From assembly GCA_965235115.1 (NCBI GenBank), contig OZ249444.1, positions 18,228,001 to 18,292,000 on the forward strand: a DNA stretch of 64,000 nucleotides. Reading direction: 5' to 3'. The position numbers were made by a program, and so were the translations under genes. The notes under the pieces are model-generated. The model was not told the DNA's origin. It worked only from the letters and a program-made list of their open reading frames with translations, and ran no database searches. This DNA comes from Laetmonice hystrix (Eukaryota). Numbering within the stretch: position 1 is the first letter of the stretch; each line of letters begins with the position of its first letter. Shown here piece after piece: positions 24,787 to 39,254 of this stretch.

Positions 24787-27700
24787 GACTGATTGCAAAA
24801 AATTTCTTGTGATTTTGAGTTTTGCGGATGTTCTCATTTTCAAAATTAGAAACAAGAATGGGTATCATCGTTTAAACCAGTAGGCGCTGGAAAATCACAA
24901 AATAAATCATCATTGATACTCCACAAATTACTGAACCCACGACAAAGATACGAACTGTGCATCCCACAAACCCATTTCTTTCTGTTGTGAACGCTGTTTT
25001 GTTACCAGACCTGACAAATGTATGTGAAGTCATGTGTTCGTGTTTGAGACCTAATAATATCTAACACATAGCAATAAGTGGATCTGTCACTTGCAAACAT
25101 CTCAGTCTTCCAAACTAACCGTTCTACAGGAATGTATTCAATCACAGACAGGCCTTGACTGCGGTTCACCACTGCCTATTTCCCCCTTTCTATCAGTTAA
25201 CAACTTAATGGCTTTTTGCTATGAGCATAGCTGACTGACAAGCACGTTCTCCATCCGGCCTCGAAGTTTCCCGTCAGACTTGATCCAAAAGAATCAGGAC
25301 GAGAGCAGTAGCGGAATAAAGCTGTGTCTGAGAAAAAAAGGTAGGAACTACATTCCAAGTCGATGCCTCTGTTCATTACCCAGATTCGGCTTGGCATCGG
25401 CAAATGGCTTCTTCATGCCCGGGATCCCGGTAGGGGGCGGTGTATTCTGTGTAACCCTGAGGAAAGGTGCCCAATCAGTATGCAGTAACAAGTGATGTTT
25501 GTGTAAAACCATCAGGTAAGTACTGGAGCGGTGATGAGAAAATCGAGAAATGTCAATGTATATACGAAAACGAAACTCATACATTTCTTGGAGCATGTCT
25601 AAACCTGGATAAAATATATACATAATACAATGTCTCCAATGTTTCCCCCGGTGAATCTCAAACCGAGAATAATTTCATTTCACCAAATCTGGTTTGATAT
25701 AAAACCATCAAGATCCCTCCACTTCTCTTCCATGAAACCTGCTCCTAAGTATCATTTCAACCGGACGTGATTCTGTCAAATGGATATATAGCGGCCGCAG
25801 GAGTTTACAAGAGAACGCCCCAGATCAGCAGTGTGGAAAACAGGATGGGGAAATAGTGCCAGATAGAGAGCCTTCCATTGTGGCTCTCATAAGTAAACTC
25901 CCTGTAATAATGGACGTAATGCATCCACAAGCCGCCTGGACTGATTCCAAATATGTGCGGCCGGGGGGAGGAGGAGGAGGAGGCTGTGGCCATCATAGTA
26001 CATCCTACTGTATCCTCACGGCACGTACACACGCAGTGACTCCTCGGTATGACCTAGTCTCCCGTCTCCCCGCCAGGTGACGGCCCACTGAAATCTGTTT
26101 ATGATTGATGACATGGCCAATGAAATTGATATCGATTGAGCACTGCTACACACTGCATAGGCTCAAACTCCGCTACGTCGGCACCAACTAATAAAGCGGC
26201 ATGCGTGGAGCAAGTGTATCTGTGGGCCGTAAGGCGGGCCTGTAAAGTTGTTAGTTGTCGGATGGTGGTAATGATATTGTAGGGGAGGCAGTCCATATGG
26301 ACTCAGCCTCTATGGAACCGGAGACTCCATGGACCAGCCTAACGTGATACACTGGCAGAAAGTTGAGATATGAGGAAAGAGTTGTAATAATTGAATATCA
26401 CCTCTCTCCGGGCAGTGATGACAAAACCAAGCTGGCCAGTAGAACTCGTGTAGTATTGTCCCCAAATATTGATGTTGAGACTCATAGTAATCTATAAATC
26501 TGCCAGCCTCCTGCTCTCAAAGACTTGTTGATGCTGTGAAGATGATGTAGAGATAGAAGATTGCTACAAACCAACACATTTGTACTTATTGATTGCAAGG
26601 TGCCAAGAATCAGAACGTTTGAAGTGTAGATCCCTGATAGTGTGTTTATAAATATATGAATAATATCTTGAAAGATAACTTATTCTATCATGAAGACCTC
26701 AATAAAGAAAATACGGTATACAATCATTTCTTCGTGCCATTCTTTTCTTTAACAACAGCATCTGAAAAAATGCCAATGGTAGCAGTAGTGGGCCCTGTGT
26801 GGTATGACTGCCTAATCAAAATGTCAGAATGATTTATCATTTTATATTACACTGATCAATCTTGTATAGAACCAGACACAATACCACACAATACAATACT
26901 GTCTTTTATTATGTTATAATAACTCCACCCCACTGACAATAGTTTACAGATTCTGTATTCGTATATCATTTCTGGCATGAAGGCAAAAACTACTAAAAGA
27001 CGGCATTCACAATATCTGCATCTGTTACCTAAAACCATCAGCTCAATATAAAGCAACGCCATAACCAGGTTTGCCTGGTGTTGGGGAGTCAAGGCCTCCC
27101 CACCTACACGACACACCACTTGACTGACTTGAGTGAGCACAGGCTTTCAGTAAATCAAACATATAATATTAGATCTGTCATTCCACTTGAACTTGATGAA
27201 TAGTGAAAACACACCACTATGCTCTCTCTCCGTTCACAACACAAGTAATTCTACAGTTTGTCGCCCCCGTTCACTGCCTCCCTACGTTTTCTGCGGAGCC
27301 TGCCGGCCGACATCCAACCGCTCTAACCTAATACGGACTGTTGGCACAACAGATTGCATCTCCCATTCCAAAGCCTATAGCTGAAATATTTGCGCTGTTC
27401 ATTTCTGTGAGCCACTGGATCTTTCTTTCATCTCCATGACCTGAGGATGTATTGTCTGACACGGCAGAGCCTTCCTCCTTTCACATCGCCCGGATCTTGT
27501 CGATAGTTCTTGACAAACACAATTCTCTCACAGCCTCTCAGCAATCCAAACACTACTTCCACATCTCACTTTTTGCGACTATTTAATTTCGACGACCTAT
27601 TTTCTTTCAAGACCTCTTCGTTTAGATCCACATTGTTCTGTCTTCCTTCCTTATATTTACTGTGTACTGCATTAGTATGTAAAGATCAGACATAAACCGT

Positions 27701-29301
27701 TTCTGTTTGATTTATCTTCTCGTATCTCCTCCCGGCTAACAATCAATAAATGGATTATACAATTACAGACCCTTGTCCTTCTAAAATTGGAGAAATATAA
27801 GGAATCCTTCTACTTTGATCTCAGCAATGCTTTTAGAAGAAAAGTACTTGAAAACTTAAAGACAACATTATTTATGAGGCACGACGAGAAAGAAGTCACA
27901 ACCTTGATGAACGACGACAAAACCAACCTCCATCAGAATTAACAGGATTACTGCTGGAAATGTGTTCCGCAGCGAGAGAGAGAAAAAATTGGCCTTTGGT
28001 GAATCCCTGCCAATTCTCAAATTTTACCCTTCTCAAGACGGCTGCGGTGCTGGGGCATTAAGTGGGGAGCCCCGATACAAAATGGCCACCACCTTTCTGG
28101 CCGGCAGAGATCTAATTATCCGTGACAACCACAAGTTTAAATTGGGCTGGGCTCGGCAAATGGCCCAGATTTCAGAGGCTGCCCCTGCTGCGACCGCGCT
28201 GGCCGTGGTGCACGGAGAAACTGATGAGAAAGTGGCCGGGGGCCAGTCCAGGTAACCAGGATAGAAAAGGCGACGAGCACTGCATCTTTAGGTTGATGCC
28301 CTGCCCCGACCGACATCTACAGGGTTCGTCCAGATTGTGTTAGGGTCGCGACCCCGCACTGCCTCAGATGCGATCAATGTTTGCTAAGTTCCTTTGACGT
28401 GGCAGACATTGTCATAACAGCTCAGACAAGTCTATTGAATTGTTAAAGTCACGATTCGATTCTGTAAATTAAATATATGTCTCCCTAACACGGCCGAATG
28501 TAAACTTGGGTGGGAATTGGATCTGGGGATTCTATTGTAAGCTCCGATACGGGCGTGGAATCTCGGTGGCACGGTGTTCCTTGGGTAGTCTCGGCCCTCG
28601 GCTCCCTGCCCAACGTGTCAGAACTTGGTCAGTCCATAACTAACAGTCCATTTCCTGCCATATCGTACCCGCGTATGTAAACTTGGATACGTTATAATAG
28701 AGATACACGAAGAGATAATTCCACGACTGCCATTGCAGGTGAAAATATCCTCGTGTACATAGAAGACCAGAGATAGTAGTTGTAAATATTTGATTAAGCA
28801 GTGCCATTAGTATCTGTCTATATCTGTGTCTGGCTGTCTGTATGTCTGTGAATCAAAGTGCGGTTATTTATCGTTGAACTGATGATCCATTCTCAACCTG
28901 GGCGATGGCCGATACCATATTCATGCTGGTTACGTGGGTCTGACTTCATTATTATCCTATCATTTTCATAATAATTAACTTTGGCTAGTTTAATCTTCAT
29001 CATGTTCTGCATTCAGAATTAGTAACGTTCTCCAACGCTTCATCAGCAGTTTATATTCATGATAATTTTGTCATATTGCACACCACCACGTGTAAGCATC
29101 ATCAAGTGATAATGTTATCTAATAATAGGTCATGATCAGCCCATAATTATAATCATTATCATCAGGTTGCACATTGTATAGATTACCGTGAACAGACAGC
29201 GTGCTGTCGGATATATTTACATCCAGTAATGACATTCGACAAATACCCTCCGTATATAACGGGAATACATGTACTAGTACGCCATATTCGTCTGACTTTA
29301 C

Positions 29302-29634
29302 GACATAGTATCTCTACAGCTAAATCTGCCGACTATATTCTGATGTTCTACGGTCCCGTCGTCAACCAATGCCTAGATTCCATGAGAGATTCCTCTCGAA
29401 GACTGTCATACAGACATAGTATCCCTACAGCTAAATCTGCCGACAATATTCTGATGCTCTACGGTCCCGTCGTCAACCAATGCCTAGATTCCGTGAGAGA
29501 TTCCTCTCGAAGACTGTCATACAGACATAGTATCCCTACAGCTAAATCTGCCGACAATATTCTGATGCTCTACGGTCCCGTCGTCAACCAATGCCTAGAT
29601 TCCATGAGAGATTCCTCTCGAAGACTGTCATACA
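29302..29634. repeat. 111-bp tandem repeat, 3 copies
   Basis: gacatagt starts at 29302, 29413 and 29524. It explains the 37-aa repeat in ORF 29229-29675. Confidence 0.97.
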
Positions 29635-30792
29635 GTCATAATGGAGTGCCAGCTTATGTTGGAAGTTTTTTTTAGTATGTTTCAGTCGTTTTCCTATCCA
29701 CAATCCATGAGTATGACATCCTGTGGGGAGGCCAAGCGTAAACACATAATCCTTGTCTGTAAAAAGGGCAACTTTGAGGAATTAACGGCTGTGAATGGAA
29801 GCGATTACGGGTGACCTTGTCTTGTCGAGGCTACACGCCGCTTCCAACATGTCATCCCCAGACGGTGCTGCGTAACGGCACTCAGTTACAGTCATCCCCG
29901 ACCGTGTGTCCCTGGCATCTCAACAGCTGGCCACGAAAACCACCGAGTGGCCACATTTCAAAGGCGACCAGGGCATCACCCCTGGGTCACACCCCTGGGT
30001 CAAGAGGTTACGGGGATTTCAGGGTGTGCCAGGAACAAAAGCTGACTGCCCCCTTACACAATGTGTCAGGCCCATTGTCCGAGGGTGTTAATTGGTAGCT
30101 GTTAATCGAGGGCCAGAGTTCAAAGGTCGTTGTTGTGAATCAGATATTGGCAAGCACTTGTTGTGGGCATCTTCCTTCATTACCGTAAGTGCTTGTAAGT
30201 GAAACATCAAACCACAACACAGTGGAGACAGCACTTAGGATGAGCAATGGGACTTAACACCGTCAGCAGCTGTTTGTGTTGCATCCATTTCTGTCATTTT
30301 AAGCATCGATTTCTAAACCTGTCAAGACCTGCACTGCATGTTCGATTCTCACGTGAATCTATGTGATCATCAACTCGAAATTAGCCTCCTCACTAAATCT
30401 TCAACTCATCAGAACTGAACAAGTTTACAGCGGAAGCTAAGGTTCTGTCTGTATTTTACATGGTTAATCTCTTAGTATTTGTTATACATGTATGTTCCAT
30501 GTTTGCATGTTACAACTAGTCTGGTTAAACTGTCTGAGGCCAGTAAAATACATATATTTAACCGAGGGTTTATTTACAGAGAATGCTCTTCAGTGTCTTT
30601 GTAAAGCTGTGACACTCGAATGCATTGAGAGAAGGGCAAGTTTTTGTCTGGTTACAAAATAAGTACTTGTCGTACGACAGGAATAAACGAGGACTTAATG
30701 TGAGTTGTGTGGACGTGTGTGTGGTCCACTGACATCTATCACACAGATCCTCACACCTAAATAACATCAACCTACCTTCCCTGACATACTCT

Positions 30793-30848
30793 GTCACACT
30801 GGGCTCGAGCTATGGCTGCACTCGGTCACACTGGGCTCGAGCTATGGC
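30793..30848. repeat. Short direct duplication (24 bp identical, period 32)
   Basis: gtcacactgggctcgagctatggc at 30793 and 30825. Confidence 0.9.
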
Positions 30849-32692
30849 CGCATGGCCAACATTCGGTTACAATGTAACAAACTTAACGAGACAGGTGTAC
30901 CACCCACCCACACCTTCATCCCATTACACAACACGGCCGTCAGAGATTTCAAGTTTTAACGACCAATCCTACTCTCAATTGTCCGTCGTAAAAGATCAGA
31001 GTCATTTTAAGAAGAAAGAAACACCCCCCGTAGTTCTGACTCTCTGATTACAAATCTCCTCGGTGGTATTATAGGTGCTATAGAGAATTTCCTACCCTTG
31101 GACAAACACCCAAGCTTTAAATGAAGAGTAAAATAACATTTCCAACTTGCTTGAATAGAATTTTCCCCGCGATTGAACGTCAACCACTTTACATCAGACA
31201 GTCCCATTTTCTTAAACAGACCCTGTGGGCGGTGTTAACGACGCCCCCCCCCCCCCCCATTACCTGTGGTACTTCAATATTAATGTTAATGTTTGTTCAG
31301 CCTCTGCGTCCCCCGCCGAGTACACTGAAGATCTGGCACGGTATACAAGTCTTGTCGAAGTGTGGCGTGAAGTTTGCGCTAACGGCTTGTCTAGACGTTT
31401 AAACGTACACCTTGCCCTAGACTATTTCTGCAGTGGTAAAGATGGTTGAGGATACAGTGTCATTTATTTAGGAGTAAGACTGCCTTAGACGCCAGGAAAC
31501 TGCAATACTTGTTCAACGTTCGCTGTGCATGAGTACGAGATTTTGTGACCTGCCGCCTGTAAAGGCGAGAACAACGTTATTATACCTAATTGTGATCAGG
31601 ATACTGACGGTGATTGGAAAACCCAACGAGACCAGACTCGTTAGAAAAACATAGTAGGATCAAGGCGTATGTTTGAGGGCAGCAATAATGTCTACAATAT
31701 GAGCAGTAATGATGCCCTACAACCTGGGTAGGAGTGTAATTATGATCTATAACCAGGGAGCAGTTGAGGCCTACAGATCGCCTATAACCAGGCCAGGCAA
31801 TAGTACAGATCGACTGTTTGAGCAGACCAAAATGGCTCCCTTCCAGAACTGTAGGGGCAATGCGTCAAGACCAGACCACCAGAACATCTAGCTTGTGACC
31901 ACATACTCACCCTCCTTTCTTATTCCCTGGACGTATAGGCCCTATATCTTCTTTAGTTCAGGTATTACATGATATTCTATGTTAAGATGTTTGTAATTGG
32001 TAAGGTGAAGCATGCTGGATGTCATTAAAAGGGGTTATCACCCCCACAACCATACATCCTGAGTGTGGTTTATATCCCGAGGCTAGAATACGGTATCGGA
32101 CCTACCTGCCCTCGGTTCAACCTAACTTAATACAGGTACGAGAAATCATTGATACTTGCTGTATAAAACCCCTGTCTTGTTGATGGGTGTGAGTTGAAGG
32201 GAGGGTTTTTATAGTCGAGGATATATGACATCATGGGGGCGTGACGTGGCGGGGTAGGGACACACGGTGGGGTGAGAGGTGAAGGATATACCCCCGGCAT
32301 GGACACACCTGATAGATAATACTGATAGATCTCAACCACCACCACAGAGACAGGAACAAGATGGACGGAGTGATAACAAAAGGTGCAGTGGGGAGTCGGT
32401 TAGCGATCTAAAGAAAGGAACTAGCATCGGATGACGTTAGTGGTTCATCTCACCCCTCCCCCGACACCCCCACCCGATCTGAGTCTGATCCAGGACCGAG
32501 GTGTGATTGACAGGTGACAGGTGGACGTCTGACGGATGGAGGCACTGCTGGGATAAAGTGGGAACGATATATGGAATAGGTCGGCACGGAGCACTGCAGA
32601 TCGGCCACATCAAATAGGGTTCACCCACTGAACCCCACCCCCTACCCTCTATAATAAACCCTTGGGTGTACACACGCTGTTATCGTTCTCAC

Positions 32693-33490
32693 CCTACACC
32701 TGCTGGTTACACCTATCTTAGGGGTGTTCCTACCAGAGCTGGCCTACACCTGCTGGTTACACCTATCTTAGGGGATTCCTGCCAGGGCTGGCCTACACCT
32801 GCTGGTTACACCTATCTTAGGGGTGTTCCTACCAGAGCTGGCCTACACCTGCTGGTTACACCTATCTTAGGGGTGTTCCTACCAGATCTGGCCTACACCT
32901 GCTGGTTACACCTATCTTAGGGGTGTTCCTACCAGAGCTGGCCTACACCTGCTGGTTACACCTATCTTAGGGGTGTTCCTACCAGAGCTGGCCTACACCT
33001 GCTGGTTACACCTATCTTAGGGGTGTTCCTACCAGAGCTGGCCTACACCTGCTGGTTACACCTATCTTAGGGGTGTTCCTACCAGAGCTGGCCTACACCT
33101 GCTGGTTACACCTATCTTAGGGGATTCCTGCCAGGGCTGGCCTACACCTGCTGGTTACACCTATCTTAGGGGTGTTCCTACCAGAGCTGGCCTACACCTG
33201 CTGGTTACACCTATCTTAGGGGTGTTCCTACCAGAGCTGGCCTACACCTGCTGGTTACACCTATCTTAGGGGTGTTCCTACCAGAGCTGGCCTACACCTG
33301 CTGGTTACACCTATCTTAAGGGTGTTCCTACCAGAGCTGGCCTACACCTGCTGGTTACACCTACCTTAGGGGTGTTCCTACCAGAGCTGGCCTACACCTG
33401 CTGGTTACACCTATCTTAGGGGTGTTCCTACCAGAGCTGGCCTACACCTGCTGGTTACACCTATCTTAGGGGGGTTCCTACCAGAGCTGG
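32693..33490. repeat. 50-bp minisatellite, 16 copies
   Basis: Unit cctacacctgctggttacacctatcttaggggtgttcctaccagagctgg. Two copies are a 49-bp variant; 14x50 + 2x49 = 798 bp, which matches the span. Confidence 0.98.
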
Positions 33491-34491
33491 GTGTTCGTTT
33501 TTACCCACATCACCTTCCATAATATTATGATGAAACAAACACCACTGACAGGTCGTGCGTATTCAGTTTGATTATACGGAAGATATTCTGACAAAAGCGT
33601 AATAAGATCATTCTACGCTGACAGTTAAACACTGTCCTTGACAAATGAAAAAAAACCCCTCCATGTTTAACTATTCATACAAATCAGAGAGCAATGATAT
33701 TTCTTTTTTTTTTTTTAGTCAAATTGCTTCTTTCTGAAGTCACATTCTGCTTAGATTTTGCGTGTATACACATCCAAGGAAGGGGAATAAATATATTCGG
33801 AAAGACAGTCCCATTTCCCTAATCGTAATCACCTTTCTATCAACTATGCCTTTGACATAATCATCATCTTCATTAATCTCTGCTTCTCAAACTGTTGAAG
33901 TCATTATCAGCCAATCATTATTCAAGATCGTCCCGGTGTTTATGAAACTCGAGCCTGCGCTTGTAACAGATTGTACTCTGTAAATTGCCCAGTCAAACGT
34001 ATCGGCCTTCATCATCTTTTGCCTTCTTTCTCCGCCGTTTCTCAGTCCAGACCCCCGACAACACCCGACAGAAAAGATCAAAATCCCACCTGGGCCGTGC
34101 AAATTGAGGCGGCTGGCGGGTAGAGATGTATGGGAATGACGCCGCCGATTGCACGCCGGTTTCCTGCCTCCTCTCACAGCGCTGGTCACCGCTCCCGACA
34201 AAAGCCTGCTTGGGGGACATTGTGTAAATATCAGCGTCGGCGCGAAGAGGGGAAAAAGCTTGAGTGTTGATTGGCATTTTCAAATTGGATAGTTGACAGA
34301 TTTATCAACCGCCACAGACAACATGGGTTGGCTGGTGGCTTTATCAAATTTACTCGATGAATTTGAATGAGCTGAGGTGAGCGGGGGTGATCATTAATAG
34401 GCCTTACCAATAATATCAACCAATGAATTACCAATGTGGGATCGCTACTGTAACTCTCCTCTACCTGCCCCTACAGGAGACCGAGGGGGAG

Positions 34492-34558
34492 GGATAGAGA
34501 TAGAGATAGAGATAGAGAGAGAGATAGGGAGGGAGACAGCAGACAGACAGACAGAGAG
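34492..34558. repeat. Compound GA / GATAGA / CAGA microsatellite
   Basis: ggatagagatagagatagagatagagagagagatagggagggagacagcagacagacagacagagag. Confidence 0.85.
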
Positions 34559-37109
34559 CAACGGCACAGCAACACAGAGAAAATTAAGCGGAAATTAGAT
34601 TCCACCTACCGCTGGGTAACTACCGACTTTACTGACAATATGTCACCAAGAGTAGTCGATAAGATATTGTTTAGATATTTCAAGACGTCACACCCCTGTA
34701 GACAAGTGAAAGATGAATGATCCAGGACTTATACATCAATGGTCAGGAGACCGCAGGCCACAGTGCCGGAGAAACGAGCACGTGGCAGGTGAGAAATGCT
34801 GTCAGAATATCAATGTGAATTGTGAAGTGGTGTCTAACATTAGAGATATTATTGATACCTAATGTGTCCTTTATTGGTCTACCACATGCGATGTGAGTCA
34901 CCGAACCTTCCATTCCGAGCAACATAATCGTTAGGAGGCTTTAGAAGTCGGCCACATGATCGGTGGTTATGGCCTCGTGCTGCACATTCAAAACATCCCC
35001 TCGCTTTCTATTAGTGCTCAACACTGCCATTCTGCTGGAGTTCTTTTTTCTTTTTTTAAAGAAATTAAGAAATGCTTCTTAAGAATAGTCATCTAGGGGC
35101 CTAAGTATAGTTGTCTTGGTTATGGAAAGGCTTGGAGACCATGTCCATTCAACCAAAGGCACGCAATAACTGAATGTTGTATGAATTAATAAGGAAACCT
35201 ATACAGAATGAAACCTAACAAGGAGCTTTGCTAAAAGTAAAATATATCTTCCTCAACAAGGCAACGACTAGGTGCGGTTTATACTATACATTGTTTGTCC
35301 TCACGTATAAACTTTTCTGGCGTAATTATAGGCGGAAGTAACCGTACTGTGATCAATAGCAAAGCATATAGTTCATGATTGTTTAACAGAACAGACAGAA
35401 ATAAATATTATCTTCAAAAGCGTTGTACACCATTAAGTACAGTAATATCTAGCATCTAAACACAACTGGCCTTTAATAATTAAACAAGCCAAACATTGTA
35501 CTTTGTCATATATATCTTTGAGTTGCTCTCAATGCCTATCCCGCCCTTGTTTACCGGGACACACTGATGTAATCACCAGTTAACGATTTAGTCGTTGACT
35601 AGTATTACTCTCAGAGTTCTAAGTCCTCCTGTCGTTTGCCCAGTATGTAAACTTCAGGACGTACAGATACCATCATCTGTACAGGTCTGAATATAGACGT
35701 ACTTCCTGCCACCAATTATCATCGAGTGTACAGGGATTTAACGGTCCCTCTTCACACCAGTACCGACACGTTTCAGTGTAAGGCAATCACCGGTCGGCTT
35801 CCTAAGCGGCACAGACAATACATAATCAATTAAGTGAAATCGTCTATATCCACCAACTCTTCCCGTCGATTCTACAAGGACTGTGCCTCTACCATCCTGA
35901 AAAGTAGGGCAGCATGATAGGCTAATTAATGTCTTGCATGTAGACACGTTTGGCATCAAAGCATGGTTTGGACACATTACACACAACATGCAATCACACA
36001 TGTCATGATATGGTCGACATGATTCCTTGTCAGGATGCTTATTAATGATGATTTACTTACAGAACAAGAGATTAAAACAATACATCTCATCTTCACAATA
36101 TATACACTGGGATAGATTCATTTTATCCTGACTAATGGCATTATCTCCATACAATCATTGATTCCTATCAAATATGTCTTTTTTTCTCATTGACTCAATC
36201 TTACAACACTATACTCTTCGCTGGAGAAGCCAGCAGCAGGGTACTTTGCAGTGTCTCGATCTAGACAGAGAAAAATAACAAGGTTGTAAATGTCCACAGG
36301 TGGATTCATACAAAGCAATTGACCCTCTTGCTGGATGCCTTAACAAACTACTTTTACACCTATCCCAGTTAAAGGTATCTCATGAAGAACACCTAAGACG
36401 GACACAGATCTCTTTTAGTGACGTCCATGTCCGGATTACATTCCCTGTCAGGACAAACCACTTAGCTACGACAATATCACACACAGACAGATGTGGCATG
36501 TCCTACAGTGCAGGCCACAAAGGCTGAAATCTGAAGCTGGTCGCAATGTCGACCCGTGATAAAACGAGTGTCATTGAGGCACTCTCAGAACCTTATTCTT
36601 GTGTCTGATTTCACAGCAACTTTTAAAACGGTCAAATTCTGACAACCAGACGCTAGGAATTTCAGGGTTTGTTTACACAACTACTCTCCAACTCTCCATT
36701 TAACTCGAACTGGTGATTTCATTGGATGTTTTCATTCTATTGATTTACTTTGAATTTAAGCCATTCAGTTTTCTTTGCAAAAATAAATAGGAATACGATA
36801 TACGACAGCAAGGTCAGAATATTGTGGTAGATATAAAAAGGCAAAGAGACAAAGAGGGACAACCTATCTGTAGGTTCTAAACAAGAACATCGTGGAAGAG
36901 GTGTCAGCACTGAGCACGACATTAACGTGCCCTGAGTCAGTGTAATTTCCGCCTCAAGACGACAACACTTCCTTTCTTTTCACCACTTTCTTTGATTCTC
37001 ACAAAATAATCTGTATACAGGCGACATTTGAAGACGTTCCATTCTGTATCATCCTTGTGACAGTAGTCCTGCCATCCGAACACAATTCCTTTTTTCGGTA
37101 CATCCTACA

Positions 37110-37345
37110 GACCGCCCTCCCCCTCTCCTGCTACACTCGCTTGGTTTTATTTGGCCTTTTTCATCCTTCTCCCTCCCTCCTTCCATCTCCTCACATGTTA
37201 CCTGACCACATCAAAGCGCACACCTGTGTGTAGGAAGAGGAGGAGGAGGCGGGAGGAGGGGGAGGAAGAGGAGGAGGGAGGGAGGGAGGAGCCTCAGCTC
37301 GCTGCCGCCAGAAAAGCCACATCCAGCTGAAGAAGATGCGAATAT
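37110..37345 (+). promoter_or_regulatory. Promoter or 5'UTR-like island with (GGA)n tract
   Basis: A CT-rich stretch, then a purine-only gaggaggag tract (about 37233-37291), then a GC-rich leader and ATGs at 37336 and 37343. Confidence 0.3.
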
Positions 37346-39160
37346 GGAAGGCTCGTCGAGGTCACGGGATATTGACGACACTAATCATAATCTGGGTCAC
37401 ATGCCTACACATGCCGCGGGCCTTTAACAACTCAATGAGTAACATAAAGATCTCTGCTCACAATAATGCTCACTCTCCAGCAGTCAATCTTTACCTGTCT
37501 ATACGCCAACCTACCGCATGCCCACATTGCTATATAATGTTGCGACACAAGCGTTATCTGACAATCTGAAGTCTATGTGACTGATAACCATCCTGATTAA
37601 TTAGTTTTGGCTATCGATTCTGAATCTGGGGAGGCTATTTACCGTACTATCATATGCTCACGTATCTTAATTGACATCGCTCAATATTAACATATGTTAT
37701 GTTTGATCTGTAGAAAAACATCAAGTCTAAACACAGCCCCATTCTAAGTTACATTTTTGTGTTTTTAGTTGTTTGAAACAGGACATATAAGGAAGCTAAG
37801 GATAGGAAATATATATAGGCCTATCCAAGTTACACAACCACTGTTGTAAAAATTATCGGTAGTATGAGTTACAAGAGGAGATATGGTCTTATTAAGCACA
37901 CAAACATGCATGATATCTGGCATCAATTCATCATTTGCCCTGAGCGTGATGTTCCCGAACAAACTGCCAATCCTACCACTCTTACTACACACAATGACAT
38001 GTCTTCACGACCATCAAACGCTGGAGTTATCAATCCAGCTTCACATCGTAAATCGATACCCTCCTCATGATTGAGCTGAATTTAATTTCCCCTTACGTTA
38101 ACAATCTCCGGAGCAAACAGAAATCCAAACTTTGTGACTGAACTCTCAACACAAATGATATAAAACTTGTCCAAAGAACATCTGCTGTATCAAGGTATCG
38201 GTTTCTCAGCTGACAGGGACAACGTTGACGTGAATTCACTGGTGTCTGTCTTCACTGTCAAGTCAGATCAACCTGCTTTTAAAGGCAAGGTATTTTGTGA
38301 TTAAGGACTTATATTACCACGCGACATAACAAATCACCGTTTTGATCAGGTGATACCATTGATTGGGGAATTTTCAAAGCTGTGATGATAATGTCAAAAT
38401 AAAATACAGAGCCTTCCAGTATATATCATACACTTGGGGAGGGGGGTCTTCAAAAAGGGGACTTGGTTAATACTCGAACTCCTATATTTGTATATTAGGT
38501 TTCTTTATCATATCTTGCATGGAAGGATCTTGATTTCTAGACTCGATCCAAAGATCGACGACCTGTCCTTTGGTATAACAATATGGTATCATCACTTGAT
38601 GAAAAAATGCCTGGATTCATGAACAGTGACATAATGCACGCAAGATGGGCTCAATGCTTGGCTGCCAATATCAGGGTAAGACCGAATAAACTCCCCAGAA
38701 AACTTCATTAACATTCCCTGTGTAACATACTGACACACTTATTTATAATTAAATATAATGCATCATTTAAACACAGTCACAACTTTCCTTCCTCAGCCTA
38801 TTATCCATTTGACTTCAATAATTACACATCAAAAGAAAGAAAAACTTCAGTATCCCTGAAAGCATGCATTGCTCGTTTTTTAAAGCAGATTCAAAGTTAC
38901 CTGAAAGGCATATCCCTTGGATTTAACAATGCGTTGAAATGTGTTAGAACTCATATCTGGGAATAAGGGAAATTTTGAAAAATGACTGTCAGAGTAACCC
39001 ATTGTCATTAGACTTATATCGTAACAATAGCATTCAAAGCAACAATTATCCTGCATACCCTACCACATTGTAAGACAGGCTGTTAATTAATTGATACACC
39101 AAGTCATGGTGCCGTAGCTTTCAGAGATCATTACAAGTGAAACCGTTACTTCATGTAGAC

Positions 39161-39254
39161 CTCACAGAATCGGATACATATTTGGATGCTGTTGACGCTC
39201 ATCCGGCCAACTCTGCATCAAAGACGAAGCCAATCAAGGGCCGGGAGGAATCAG
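39161..39254 (+). other. Candidate plus-strand exon
   Basis: acttcatgtag|ACCTCAC...GAATCAG|gttagc. Two frames are open, for example DLTESDTYLDAVDAHPANSASKTKPIKGREES. No family recognised. Confidence 0.2.

Noticed and set aside
29957-30046. KGDQG...RGFQGVPGTK collagen-like fragments
   Set aside because: The Gly-X-Y register is not maintained.
31911-31926. 16-nt minus-strand microexon before a gtgagt donor
   Set aside because: The acceptor lacks a pyrimidine tract and the length breaks frame.
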